From Lentisphaeria bacterium (lineage in GTDB: Bacteria; Verrucomicrobiota; Lentisphaeria; Victivallales; Victivallaceae): a stretch of 64,000 bases of DNA. Made by a program: the position numbers and the translations under genes. Shown here one piece after another: positions 35,377 to 46,200 of the stretch. Under the pieces are notes generated by a model that saw only the letters and a program-made list of their open reading frames with translations, ran no database searches and was not told where the DNA came from. The stretch covers positions 1,732 to 65,731 of the forward strand of contig JAFWBQ010000079.1 of NCBI GenBank assembly GCA_017507125.1. Reading direction: 5' to 3'. Numbering within the stretch: position 1 is the first letter of the stretch; the number at the start of each line of letters is the position of its first letter.

Positions 35377-36225
35377 ATGAAAAGAGTTATTCCATTTCAA
35401 CAGGTCGTTGAAGCGGTCAGTGCCCTTTGCGGCAAGGCTGCGGTAAAACTTCCTGCAGATGTTCTTGAGGCGCTCCAGCGCGGAGCGGAGCAGGAAAAGC
35501 AGCCTCTGGCAAAGAGCTTCTTTGACCAATACCTTGAAAATGCAGAGATCGCCATCAGCGAAAATATGCCCCTTTGCCAGGATACCGGTTTCGCCGTATT
35601 CTTTGTGGAATACGGTGAAAATGTCCAGGTTGACGGCGAAGGCCTCGCCGCCGCCATCAATGCCGGTGTCAGAGAGGGTTATGCAAAATACTATCTGCGC
35701 AAATCCATCGTTGCTGAGCCTCTTTTTGACCGCATCAACACCAAAGACAACACGCCTGCGGTGATCCACTTCACCCCGGTTCCCGGAGACTCCGTCAAAA
35801 TCGTTCTTGCCCCTAAAGGCGGCGGTTCAGAAAACATGAGCGCGCTCAAGATGATGAAGCCCTCGGACGGCAGGGAAGCCGTGGTCAATTTTGTGGTTGA
35901 CAGCGTAAAAAATGCAGGCGGCAATCCCTGTCCTCCTGTGATCGTCGGAGTCGGAATCGGCGGAACCTTTGAAAAGTGTGCCCAGATCGCCAAAAAAGCT
36001 CTGCTTCGCAAAGTTGGTGAAGCCAATCCGGATCCACGGTATGCAGCTCTGGAAGCAGAGATCCTCGAAAAAATCAATAAAACAGGAGTGGGAGCTCAGG
36101 GGTTGGGCGGTGATATCACAGCATTGGCTGTTCATGTAGAGTATTTCCCCTGCCACATCGCCTCGCTTCCTGTGGCAGTAAATCTCAATTGTCATGCCGC
36201 ACGGCACGCAGAGGTGGTATTATGA
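35377..36225 (+). CDS. Fe-S hydro-lyase alpha subunit (class I fumarate hydratase / L(+)-tartrate dehydratase type)
   Basis: PLCQDTGFAVFFVE cluster-ligand block and APKGGGSEN block; 282 aa. Confidence 0.85.
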   Translation: MKRVIPFQQVVEAVSALCGKAAVKLPADVLEALQRGAEQEKQPLAKSFFDQYLENAEIAISENMPLCQDTGFAVFFVEYGENVQVDGEGLAAAINAGVREGYAKYYLRKSIVAEPLFDRINTKDNTPAVIHFTPVPGDSVKIVLAPKGGGSENMSALKMMKPSDGREAVVNFVVDSVKNAGGNPCPPVIVGVGIGGTFEKCAQIAKKALLRKVGEANPDPRYAALEAEILEKINKTGVGAQGLGGDITALAVHVEYFPCHIASLPVAVNLNCHAARHAEVVL

Positions 36226-36749
36226 TCAAAAAACTGACAACACCATTTACAGCAGCAGCTGTCCGGTCACTCCGTGCCGGGGATGAGATCCGTCTGACCG
36301 GCATCATCTGGACCGGCAGAGACGCTGCCCACAAGAAACTTGTGGCTCTTCTTGAATCCGGGGCTCCTCTCCCCGTGGATCTCAAGGATCAGATCATTTA
36401 CTTTGTCGGCCCCTGTCCGGCTCCTCCGGGACGACCCATCGGCAGTGCCGGTCCCACCACCAGCGGCAGAATGGATGCCTATTCCCCCATTCTCATTTCC
36501 CGCTGCGGACTCACCGGAATGATCGGCAAGGGCGGACGCTCCGCAGCCGTTGTTGACGCGATGAAAAAATACGGAGCCGTCTATTTCGGAGCCACTGGTG
36601 GTGCCGGTGCTCTCATCGCCCAAAAAATCAAATCCTGTGAAGTTGTGGCGTTCCCTGAACTTGGAACAGAAGCTGTTCACAAACTTTATGTTGAAGATTT
36701 CCCTCTGGTGGTCGCCATTGACGCCGAAGGGAACTCCCTTTACGACTGA
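36222..36749 (+). CDS. Fe-S hydro-lyase beta subunit (class I fumarate hydratase / tartrate dehydratase type)
   Basis: GPTTSGRMD and MIGKGGRS blocks. Start trimmed to ATG 36222 (MIKKLTTP), which forms an ATGA overlap with the alpha-subunit stop. Confidence 0.85.
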   Translation: MIKKLTTPFTAAAVRSLRAGDEIRLTGIIWTGRDAAHKKLVALLESGAPLPVDLKDQIIYFVGPCPAPPGRPIGSAGPTTSGRMDAYSPILISRCGLTGMIGKGGRSAAVVDAMKKYGAVYFGATGGAGALIAQKIKSCEVVAFPELGTEAVHKLYVEDFPLVVAIDAEGNSLYD

Positions 36750-36773
36750 TAATTTTTCAAGGAAAAATCCACT

Positions 36774-37319
36774 ATGAATCTTGTTATGATCCTTGCTCCC
36801 GGATTCGAGGAGCTTGAAGCGGTCGGAACCGCCGATGTCCTCGCCCGTTTGGGTATCTCTGTCACCTTTGCCGGACTTGAATCCCTCAATGTCACCGGTT
36901 CTCACAATATGACCATTACTGCTGCACACAAACTGGCAGATCTTTCAGAAGCGGATTACGACGGCGTCATTCTGCCCGGCGGTTTACCCGGTTCCACCAA
37001 TCTGTTGGCATCTGACCTTGTGATCCGTTGGATCAAAGAAATGCACAGCTGCGGCAAGATCACCGCAGCTATTTGCGCAGCTCCCATCGTTCTTGCCAAA
37101 GCCGGAGTCCTGACAAGCGGCAAATTCACCATGTATCCCGGATTTGACAGCTATCTCAACGGCTGCCAATATACCGATGCCCTTGCCGAAGCTGACGGAA
37201 AAGTCGTTACCGGCAAAGGTCCCGGTGCAGTGTTTGCTTTTGCGGCAAAAATCGCTGAAGCAGCCGGTTACGGCGCTAAAGTGGATGAGCTTTTCAAAGG
37301 GATGTTTGTCCGGGAGTAA
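36774..37319 (+). CDS. DJ-1/PfpI (ThiJ/YajL-like) family protein
   Basis: Nucleophile-elbow Cys in AAICAAPIVLAKAG and ILPGGLPG block; 181 aa. Confidence 0.85.
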   Translation: MNLVMILAPGFEELEAVGTADVLARLGISVTFAGLESLNVTGSHNMTITAAHKLADLSEADYDGVILPGGLPGSTNLLASDLVIRWIKEMHSCGKITAAICAAPIVLAKAGVLTSGKFTMYPGFDSYLNGCQYTDALAEADGKVVTGKGPGAVFAFAAKIAEAAGYGAKVDELFKGMFVRE

Positions 37320-38893
<1,574 letters not shown>

Positions 38894-38896
38894 GGA

Positions 38897-39784
38897 TCAC
38901 TTTTTCCTGAAAAGGCCGCTGCGCCACTCTTTGAGAGTTTCTGCTTCGACAAGTTCAAATCCCAAAGCGGTATAAGCATCAACAACAGACTGGAACTCTT
39001 CCTCCAGGATTCCCGCAAGCGCCAGATATCCACCGGGTTTCACCCATGAAACAATATTGTTTTTGAAACTTTTGAGCAGATGAGCCAGAATATTGGCACA
39101 GACAAGATCATACTTTTCCGGTCTGCCCTGATAATCTGCCGCATCAGCTGTCACAGGCTCAAATCCACTCACATGATTGAGTTCCATATTCTCTTTGGTG
39201 ATCATCACCGCGTCAGGGTCAAAGTCAAAGGCATCAATGGGGGCAAAACCGCACAAACTGCCGGCGATGGCAAGGATACCCGAACCGCATCCAGCATCAA
39301 GGAGACTCAAATTCTCTTTTTCCGCCCCCAGCTTGTCAATCACTTTCAGGCAGAACAAAGTCGTGGCATGCTGCCCGGTTCCGAAACTCATGCCGGGGTC
39401 AATGGTCAGGACTTTCTGACCGGGGCGGTTGGGATTTTCCAGCCAACTGGGCAATATGAGAAGTCTTTCAGAGATCTCAATGGGGTGGAAATACTTTTTC
39501 CACGCCTCGCTCCAATCAATGCCGGAAAGGACAGAGCGCTGGATATTGTCAGCCTCGATCCCGATCTCTTTCCAGAACTCCATCTGTTCGCGGATCTGCT
39601 GTTCCGCCTCATCGGCACCCGCCAGATCAAGACTGTAAACAGTATGGATCACCCGGCGGTTTTCCCGGTCGATCCAGGTGCTGAATTCAACTTCAAGAGC
39701 AGAAAGCATCTCTGCGGCAAGAGCTCCGTCTGCGGAGTAATCTTCAAAAGAGACACAATAGAGTGTTTCAGGAACTTTGGTCAT
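38897..39784 (-). CDS. prmA: Ribosomal protein L11 methyltransferase
   Basis: PSW block (LLILPSWLE), GMSFGTGQHATT and SAM motif LDAGCGSGILA. Confidence 0.9.
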   Translation of the reverse strand: MTKVPETLYCVSFEDYSADGALAAEMLSALEVEFSTWIDRENRRVIHTVYSLDLAGADEAEQQIREQMEFWKEIGIEADNIQRSVLSGIDWSEAWKKYFHPIEISERLLILPSWLENPNRPGQKVLTIDPGMSFGTGQHATTLFCLKVIDKLGAEKENLSLLDAGCGSGILAIAGSLCGFAPIDAFDFDPDAVMITKENMELNHVSGFEPVTADAADYQGRPEKYDLVCANILAHLLKSFKNNIVSWVKPGGYLALAGILEEEFQSVVDAYTALGFELVEAETLKEWRSGLFRKK

Positions 39785-40884
39785 TTTTCAAGCACCTTTG
39801 CAATTTTGGGAGTAAGCATCTTGGCGAACATATAGAATCCGAGGTCTGTTGCATGAACACCGTCAACAGTGAACTCGGTCCAATCCTCTTCATTTTTCCA
39901 TCCGCCGTAGACGAACGTGATATTCCTGTCGCCGGCTCTGCGGCGGCGGCTGACTTCGGCACGCTGGAATTTCCAGGATTTTTCAGCACTGGGGGCACGG
40001 GCAGTCAAACTGCCTGTTTCAACATATTCTCTGTTGAAGTGGAACTTTGAGACCACCATGATGGGCGTATCAGGATGTTTTGCTCTGAGAATATCGATTC
40101 CTTCACTCAATGTCGTCCAAATGCCGGTGTTGGCATTAGCTTCATAGTCCAATATGAACATAGCCGGATCTTCCACCTTCGCCAGCTGTTCAAAAACGTA
40201 TGGCTCCCCTCTGCCGCTGCCGGAAAAACCGAAGTTGAAGAAAGGACGGTTCAAACGGCGGCTGATAATATTGGTATAAGCCATTCCCGGCCGGTTGGCG
40301 CATCCCCCCTGAGTGATGGAAGTTCCATAAACAACAACAGGTTTGTCACACTTCCACGGAGTCGGGGCTTTGATCTCTGCATCAGCATCAAAACCGATTT
40401 CAAAGGAATCGACACCGCAGTAAAGAGGGAAATTCACGGTAAATTCCCGCATTTCCGCACGTTCGCACTTGAAGAGATCCACCTCATAGGAATCGCTGTT
40501 GACCTTGATCCGGGAGGAACCGCAGAAATACTGTTTGCCGCCGGGTTTGCCCATGTAGATATCGAATCCGGAGGAACCGATCTTGGTGCAGTGATCCATC
40601 AGAGATTCATGACCGAGAGTCACTTTCAGGCGGACGACTTTAGTGTTGCTGATAAAGGAAAGCTGTCCTCCGGCGGTATGCCAGGCAAGTCCGTTGACCG
40701 CAGGGGGCAAATTATCATCAAGATCAAAACGTCTGAAAAGCCCCCCTTTTTTTCTGAAATAAAATCCGGTGAGGCGCAGGGGCTCATCATCGGCTGAAAA
40801 CCACTTCATTTCAGTTTCATCCACATTCTTGACCGCCATATTGCGGTCAAACTTTTCAACGGCAAGTTTTTTTTCTGTGCTCAT
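39781..40884 (-). CDS. SGNH/GDSL hydrolase (esterase) with an N-terminal beta-sandwich domain, cytoplasmic; tandem paralog 1
   Basis: Block I VVYGTSITQGG (Ser nucleophile), FNFGFSGSGRGE, and block V DGVHATDLG. No signal peptide. ATGA overlap with prmA. Confidence 0.75.
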   Translation of the reverse strand: MSTEKKLAVEKFDRNMAVKNVDETEMKWFSADDEPLRLTGFYFRKKGGLFRRFDLDDNLPPAVNGLAWHTAGGQLSFISNTKVVRLKVTLGHESLMDHCTKIGSSGFDIYMGKPGGKQYFCGSSRIKVNSDSYEVDLFKCERAEMREFTVNFPLYCGVDSFEIGFDADAEIKAPTPWKCDKPVVVYGTSITQGGCANRPGMAYTNIISRRLNRPFFNFGFSGSGRGEPYVFEQLAKVEDPAMFILDYEANANTGIWTTLSEGIDILRAKHPDTPIMVVSKFHFNREYVETGSLTARAPSAEKSWKFQRAEVSRRRRAGDRNITFVYGGWKNEEDWTEFTVDGVHATDLGFYMFAKMLTPKIAKVLEK

Positions 40885-40905
40885 AAGTAAAAAACCTTTC
40901 TCAAT

Positions 40906-41943
40906 TCAAAGATATTTTCTTAAATATTTTTCCATAAATCTGCTGAACATATAGAATCCCAGATCAGTGGGATGAACGCCGTCAACAGTGAACTCCGTCC
41001 AATCCGGCAACACGCTCCAATCCCCCTGAATGAAATACACATGTCTCTCCCCTTTGCGCCGTCTGCGCCGTACCTCTTCTTTCTGAAAAGCGGTCATCTC
41101 TTCAGCAGCAGCGGATCTCTGGGTCAGGGAACCTGTGGCAGCATACTCTGCAATATAATGGAGCTTGCCCACAACGAGGATGGGAATAGCTTTATGTTCA
41201 CAGCGCAGGATATCGATTCCCGGCCCTAAAGTATCCCGCATCATCTCAGGGGTGACATTGGGACCGTAATCCAGCACGAACATGGCTGCGTTCCGAACTC
41301 TTGCCAGCTGGGCAAAAACTTCAGGTTCCCCCTTGCCGCTGCCGGAAAAGCCGAAGTTGAGAACAGGTCGTTTCAGGCGGCGACTCAATATATTGGTCAG
41401 CGCCATTCCGGGACGGTTGGCACATCCTCCATGGATAATAGAGGTGCCGTAATACACGATCGGTCTGTCATCTTTCCAAGGTGTGGGAGCTGCGATAACA
41501 GCATCTTGAGCAAGCCCTATTGACAGATGTGAAACACCTGAATAAAGGGGAAAATGAAGTGTATACTCCCACATTCCCCGGTGCATGCCGTCAACGAGGC
41601 ATTGATCAAATTCATTCTCCCCGATCTTCATTCTTGAAACGCCGCAAAAATACTGTTTTTGCCCGGGTTTTCCGGCGTAAAGGTCAAATCCGGCAGCACC
41701 GATGCGGGTATTCACAGCCAGATGGGACTCCGCCAGAGGAGAAAACTTGATGCGGATAAAGGGAGAATCTGTCATGAACGCCAGCTGTCCTCCCGGTGTA
41801 TGCAGCGCCAATTGCTCCACAGCCGGAGGCAATTGAACCTTTTCTTCAAAACGGCGGAAAGGCTCCCCCGGCTGCCGGAATTCAAATCCCGTCAGCCTGA
41901 AAAAGGGGGCATCGACCGTATGCCATTTTACTTCAGATAACAT
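40906..41943 (-). CDS. SGNH/GDSL hydrolase (esterase) with an N-terminal beta-sandwich domain; tandem paralog 2
   Basis: IVYYGTSIIHGG, LNFGFSGSGKGE, DGVHPTDLG. About half the residues are identical to the neighbouring paralog, by eye. Confidence 0.75.
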   Translation of the reverse strand: MLSEVKWHTVDAPFFRLTGFEFRQPGEPFRRFEEKVQLPPAVEQLALHTPGGQLAFMTDSPFIRIKFSPLAESHLAVNTRIGAAGFDLYAGKPGQKQYFCGVSRMKIGENEFDQCLVDGMHRGMWEYTLHFPLYSGVSHLSIGLAQDAVIAAPTPWKDDRPIVYYGTSIIHGGCANRPGMALTNILSRRLKRPVLNFGFSGSGKGEPEVFAQLARVRNAAMFVLDYGPNVTPEMMRDTLGPGIDILRCEHKAIPILVVGKLHYIAEYAATGSLTQRSAAAEEMTAFQKEEVRRRRRKGERHVYFIQGDWSVLPDWTEFTVDGVHPTDLGFYMFSRFMEKYLRKYL

Positions 41944-41945
41944 TG

Positions 41946-43175
41946 TCAGACAATCTCATTCAGTCCCCACGGAGAGGGAACTTCAGGGGCACGGTCGATC
42001 CACTTGCCGTTTGTAAAATCCGGGAAAGGCAGCACTTGCCCCCCCATGGCAGCAGATTGTTCAGAAAGGGCGGTAACGCTCATCCACGCGGCAACATCGT
42101 AAACATCAATAGGGGCGGGGATCCGTTTCTGCACTGCGTCCACAAAGGCACTTAAAACAAGGAAGTCCATACCGCCGTGTCCCCCCACTTGATTTTCCCG
42201 ATACTTTTTCCAGATGGGATGGTCATACTTTTCGTAAAACTCATCCACCTTGGACCAGCGGTGCTCTGTATAGGGATTTCCGGCAAGGTCGATCAATTCT
42301 TCCGTCTTACTGATACCTTCAACAAAGATCCCCTTCACATCCTCAAGCCAGATTCCTTTGGTTCCCTGGACCCGGCAGTCCCGTGAATAAGGACGGGGCA
42401 GAGAGATACAGTGTCTCAGCATAATGGTTTCACCGTTGGCGCAGCGGATGACCGAAGTCACCATATCCCCCTGATTGTAGACGGCTTCGATCCCATGAGC
42501 TTTGGCAGCGGCGGCAAACCCTCTTGCCTTTGACGCCGTGGAAGAGATGGTCATAAAGCGGTTGCCCCGGTTGATACGCAAAATTTTTGCCATGGGACCG
42601 AGTCCGTGGGTGGGATAAAGATCGCCGCATCTGAAACGGTTGTGAACAGCTCTCTCTTTGTCAGGAGTTTTCCATGCCATTTCAGAAAGATCATGTTCAT
42701 AACCGCATTCGCAGTGGATGATCTCGCCGAAAAGTCCCTGACGCACCATGTTGAGGACCATCAATTCGTTGCGTCCGTAACAGCAGTTCTCAAGCATCAT
42801 GCAGGAAACCCCAGTTTTTTCTGCCGCATGGACCAGCTGCCATAATTCATCAAGAGAAGCGGCACCGCCCACCTCGATCCCTGCATATTTTCCGTGAGCA
42901 AGACACTCTTCAGCGATTTTGAGGTGGGAATTCCACGAGGTTGGAATAAGCACAGCATCCACGGCAGGATCAGCAATAAGCTGTCTGTAATCATGATATT
43001 CTTCAGGGGCAGGCATATTGCCTTCAAGGATCTTAGAGCGCAGCAGATCGATCCGGGACTGATTCAAATCACAGATGGCAGTGATCTCCATCACATCTGT
43101 CATAAATTTCAAGGACGCCAGCAGCGTTTCAGCCCTGGGACCGAGACCGATGATACCGATTCCAACTTTTTTCAT
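41946..43175 (-). CDS. Gfo/Idh/MocA family NAD-dependent oxidoreductase (GH109-like size)
   Basis: N-terminal Rossmann motif MKKVGIGIIGLGPRA; 409 aa; no signal peptide. Confidence 0.8.
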   Translation of the reverse strand: MKKVGIGIIGLGPRAETLLASLKFMTDVMEITAICDLNQSRIDLLRSKILEGNMPAPEEYHDYRQLIADPAVDAVLIPTSWNSHLKIAEECLAHGKYAGIEVGGAASLDELWQLVHAAEKTGVSCMMLENCCYGRNELMVLNMVRQGLFGEIIHCECGYEHDLSEMAWKTPDKERAVHNRFRCGDLYPTHGLGPMAKILRINRGNRFMTISSTASKARGFAAAAKAHGIEAVYNQGDMVTSVIRCANGETIMLRHCISLPRPYSRDCRVQGTKGIWLEDVKGIFVEGISKTEELIDLAGNPYTEHRWSKVDEFYEKYDHPIWKKYRENQVGGHGGMDFLVLSAFVDAVQKRIPAPIDVYDVAAWMSVTALSEQSAAMGGQVLPFPDFTNGKWIDRAPEVPSPWGLNEIV

Positions 43176-43223
43176 AAATAGAAACCCTTTTAATATATAG
43201 TAAGGTGCTCAAGTTTCGGGATT

Positions 43224-43252
43224 AATATACACTTATTTTCCGAAAAATGCAA
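43224..43252 (-). promoter_or_regulatory. Predicted promoter TTGCAT-17-TATATT for the Gfo/SGNH/SGNH/prmA/ybaK array
   Basis: Minus-strand -35 at 43252-43247 and -10 at 43229-43224. Confidence 0.6.
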
Positions 43253-43313
43253 TATCAAAGTTTTCACTTGCTCCTTTTATTGGAGTAATATTGCAAAATT
43301 AATAAAAAACAGT

Positions 43314-43342
43314 TTGCATTTTGGTGCAAAGGAGAATATATT
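43314..43342 (+). promoter_or_regulatory. Predicted promoter TTGCAT-17-TATATT for the lipoprotein/HPr/GT-C array
   Basis: -35 at 43314-43319 and -10 at 43337-43342, 44 nt before ATG 43387. Confidence 0.6.
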
Positions 43343-43386
43343 ATGACCAAGTATTATTGTTTTATTGTATCATTGGAGTTTTTCAG

Positions 43387-45918
43387 ATGAAGTTCGTTGC
43401 TCTTATTGCTTTAGGCCTGACGCTTCTGACCGTTTCCGGATGTATGCACTCTGAGCGTACAGTCTGTGTTCCTGAGCCGCAGATCGTGGATACCCGCGAT
43501 TTGCTTGTCAACTCAAATTTTGATTTTCACTCTCTGATCCCCCACCGTCACGGAAAGCCAATGAGTTTCTTTGCCGATTACGTTCCCTTCTGGAACGCTG
43601 ACACGGCAAAATCCCTGCGGGTGATCAGAGATTCACACATCCCGGCAGAGATTCGTCCTTCTTTTTCGGTGCCCTGCGGGGTCGAACTCAATCCCGGACA
43701 GAGTTTCCACCAGTTCTTCACTCTTCCTGAGGCAAATTTGCTTTACGGCGACCGGGTGAGTTTGAGCTTCTACGGACACCAGAAAACCGCAGGTGCCCTT
43801 ATTGGTGAAATCCGGGCCATGAAAATTGAAAGTGAAGACGGCACCTGGTCCCCCGCCAAAGATTTCAAGCTGCGCGACAAACGCACATTTGCGAAGATGG
43901 CACGGGGAGAACTTGTGGTGGCGTCATCAGCAAAGGCAACGCTGCCCCTTATCAGCAAGACTGCTGAATGCAAAATCGAAAACTTCGTTATTCCCGGTAA
44001 CTTCACTCCCGGCAAAAAGTCTTATTCAAAAGACAACAACACCGTCGGACTTGAGGTGCGTTTCACTAACACATCCAAGAAAGACAAGGTGTGGATCTTC
44101 GCCCCGAATCTTGTCCGGGGAGCCAAAGCATTCAGAGCTGCCGGAGTGTACCGCACCATTCCCGAATATTACCGCCACATTCCGCGTACAATGCAGAAAT
44201 TGTGGAAAGGTGAACCCATTCATATTCTTGTCATGGGATCCAGTATTGACCGCGGCAGCGCCAATCCTCCCCTTTATCCCTATGATGAAAACCCCCAATC
44301 CCCTAAATACAAGCAGCCTTTGAGCGACAGTCATTCAGGATTTTCCACAAAACTTGTGGGACGGCCTGATTTGGAGCCTTATTTTGCCTGGTCAAATCAC
44401 TTTTTCAGCTATGCAGGCAGACTCAAAGTTGAATTGATGAAGAAATTTGACTTGACAGGTGACAAGATTTTGATGAACTTCATGGCATGTGACGGTTCCT
44501 GCGTTGGCGAAGCTCACTCCGGTCTGAAGCAGTATTGTGAACTTCTGCAGCCTCCGGGCGGTTGGCACAATGCACATGTGGAGGGAAAATCCTGGAAAGA
44601 TCTCTATCCCGGTCTCTTTTCCCGTCCTGAAGGTCCCCGACCTGACCTTGTGATCTTCGGCAGCGGCGCCAATGAAAAGACAGACACCCCTGATGAAGGT
44701 GCCGTTTTTGAGGGGATGATCCGTTATATACAGAGAAATTATCCCGGTGTTGAATTTTTGGGATGCATGTATCAGAATAAAGGCGGCTATACCCCCAATC
44801 CCGGTGATATGCAGGCTCTTGCCATGCGTTATCAATTCCCCTTTGTCGACTTCGGCATCGTCAATGACCGATTGATCCGCCTGATCAATCCCAACGCTGT
44901 GGGCAATAACGACGGGCATCCTCAGGCTGCGATCCACTACCTTTGGTTCAAGCAGTTGGAGCGTGCCTTTGAATGCACCGGGCCTGTTGTTTCCGGCGTT
45001 GCCCAGCTCCATCTGCCTGAAAGAGTTATGCCGACGGCTTATAACTGGGAAGGTGAAATGAAGACCTATAAAGCAGGAGACAAGCGCTTCTTCCGTCCCA
45101 ACGCTTTTGTCATTGATGAAAGTGCTTTCAACTGCTGGGCAGGCACAGGGACAAAAGCGGCTCCGGGAAAAACAGTTCGCGGAAAAGTTTTTATTGACGG
45201 CAAACAAATAGGACTCTGGGGCAGTCGTCCTTACCCCAACTATAATGTACGCAACTCTTTCTTCCGTCATGGCCGTCTTGCTTTAGGGGATCGTCATATT
45301 GTTGAGGTGGAAGCACCCTTCAAATATACATTCATGGATTGCAAACAACCTCTCAACAGGTATTACACAGGTGTCGAATCCAAACTGTTCACCGGAATCA
45401 AAAAAGTTCAAAACTACAAATCCCGGACGGGATTTCCTTATGGTCGTTTTGTAACGACTCTCATGCCTGGTGAAAGCTGCAAAGTCGCCCTCCCCGGCAA
45501 TGCGTTCTCGGTGGTTTGGGTCGACGCTGTCAAAGGCGGTACCCTGCAAGCTGATATTGACGGTCAGAAGGCCTTTGAAATTGCAACAAATGTTCCTTTT
45601 GTCATGCAGAACAAAGAGCGGCTCTATATCGAGAACCGCAAGGGTATTCAGGGAATGCCCTTCGGGATCCATACGATCACCCTGAAGGCCGTAAAAGCAC
45701 CGGTCATGATCATGGGGGTTTATGCCTATGATACGCGTTCCGTCAAGGCGTGGCAGCGAGTCATTCACGGCACAGCCGACAACAGTGAGTTTGTTTTTGA
45801 ACCGGCTTTCAAAGCGGTTCCTCTCATTGATTGCCGCGGAACATTGAAACTGAAATCGGTCACCCGGGAAAAGGCACTCTTTTCCGGTTCCGGAACATTC
45901 ACTGCAGCAGGAGAGTAA
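43387..45918 (+). CDS. Large secreted lipoprotein: CBM-like N-terminal domain, SGNH-esterase-like central domain, beta-sandwich C-terminal domains
   Basis: Start trimmed to ATG 43387 (MKFVALIALGLTLLTVSGC, lipobox). SGNH-like blocks IHILVMGSSIDRGS, VIFGSGANE and NNDGHPQAAIH. The track ORF starts at TTG 43321. Confidence 0.7.
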   Translation: MKFVALIALGLTLLTVSGCMHSERTVCVPEPQIVDTRDLLVNSNFDFHSLIPHRHGKPMSFFADYVPFWNADTAKSLRVIRDSHIPAEIRPSFSVPCGVELNPGQSFHQFFTLPEANLLYGDRVSLSFYGHQKTAGALIGEIRAMKIESEDGTWSPAKDFKLRDKRTFAKMARGELVVASSAKATLPLISKTAECKIENFVIPGNFTPGKKSYSKDNNTVGLEVRFTNTSKKDKVWIFAPNLVRGAKAFRAAGVYRTIPEYYRHIPRTMQKLWKGEPIHILVMGSSIDRGSANPPLYPYDENPQSPKYKQPLSDSHSGFSTKLVGRPDLEPYFAWSNHFFSYAGRLKVELMKKFDLTGDKILMNFMACDGSCVGEAHSGLKQYCELLQPPGGWHNAHVEGKSWKDLYPGLFSRPEGPRPDLVIFGSGANEKTDTPDEGAVFEGMIRYIQRNYPGVEFLGCMYQNKGGYTPNPGDMQALAMRYQFPFVDFGIVNDRLIRLINPNAVGNNDGHPQAAIHYLWFKQLERAFECTGPVVSGVAQLHLPERVMPTAYNWEGEMKTYKAGDKRFFRPNAFVIDESAFNCWAGTGTKAAPGKTVRGKVFIDGKQIGLWGSRPYPNYNVRNSFFRHGRLALGDRHIVEVEAPFKYTFMDCKQPLNRYYTGVESKLFTGIKKVQNYKSRTGFPYGRFVTTLMPGESCKVALPGNAFSVVWVDAVKGGTLQADIDGQKAFEIATNVPFVMQNKERLYIENRKGIQGMPFGIHTITLKAVKAPVMIMGVYAYDTRSVKAWQRVIHGTADNSEFVFEPAFKAVPLIDCRGTLKLKSVTREKALFSGSGTFTAAGE

Positions 45919-45921
45919 AAA

Positions 45922-46200
45922 ATGCAGGAACGTTTGGTTACAATCCGTAATAAGGCCGGCATCCACTGCCGTCCGTCAAGTGTCATCTTAAACACCATTA
46001 CAAAAGAATTCCCGGATCACCGTTTTGAGGTTATCATGGACGGCGTTTCCACGGAATTGAACAGTATCCTTGCTCTGATTTCTCTCGGTTTAAGCTGCGG
46101 AACACAAGCTGTCGTTCAGGTGGAAGGTATCGACGAGGAAAAAGCCATTAAACGAATCGGGGATCTCTTTGAATACGAATTTGATTTCCCGGAAAAGTGA
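45922..46200 (+). CDS. HPr-family phosphocarrier protein (HPr/NPr-like)
   Basis: 92 aa. Active-site His context NKAGIHCRPSS (position 15). Regulatory-Ser context ELNSILALISLG (position ~46). Confidence 0.8.
   Translation: MQERLVTIRNKAGIHCRPSSVILNTITKEFPDHRFEVIMDGVSTELNSILALISLGLSCGTQAVVQVEGIDEEKAIKRIGDLFEYEFDFPEK

Noticed and set aside
43176-43386. Sigma-54-type promoter (the TTGGTGCAAAGG at ~43320 resembles a -24 TGGCAC).
   Set aside because: There is no TTGC -12 element at the correct 5-nt spacing. The same stretch is fully explained as the spacer of a TTGCAT-17-TATATT promoter.
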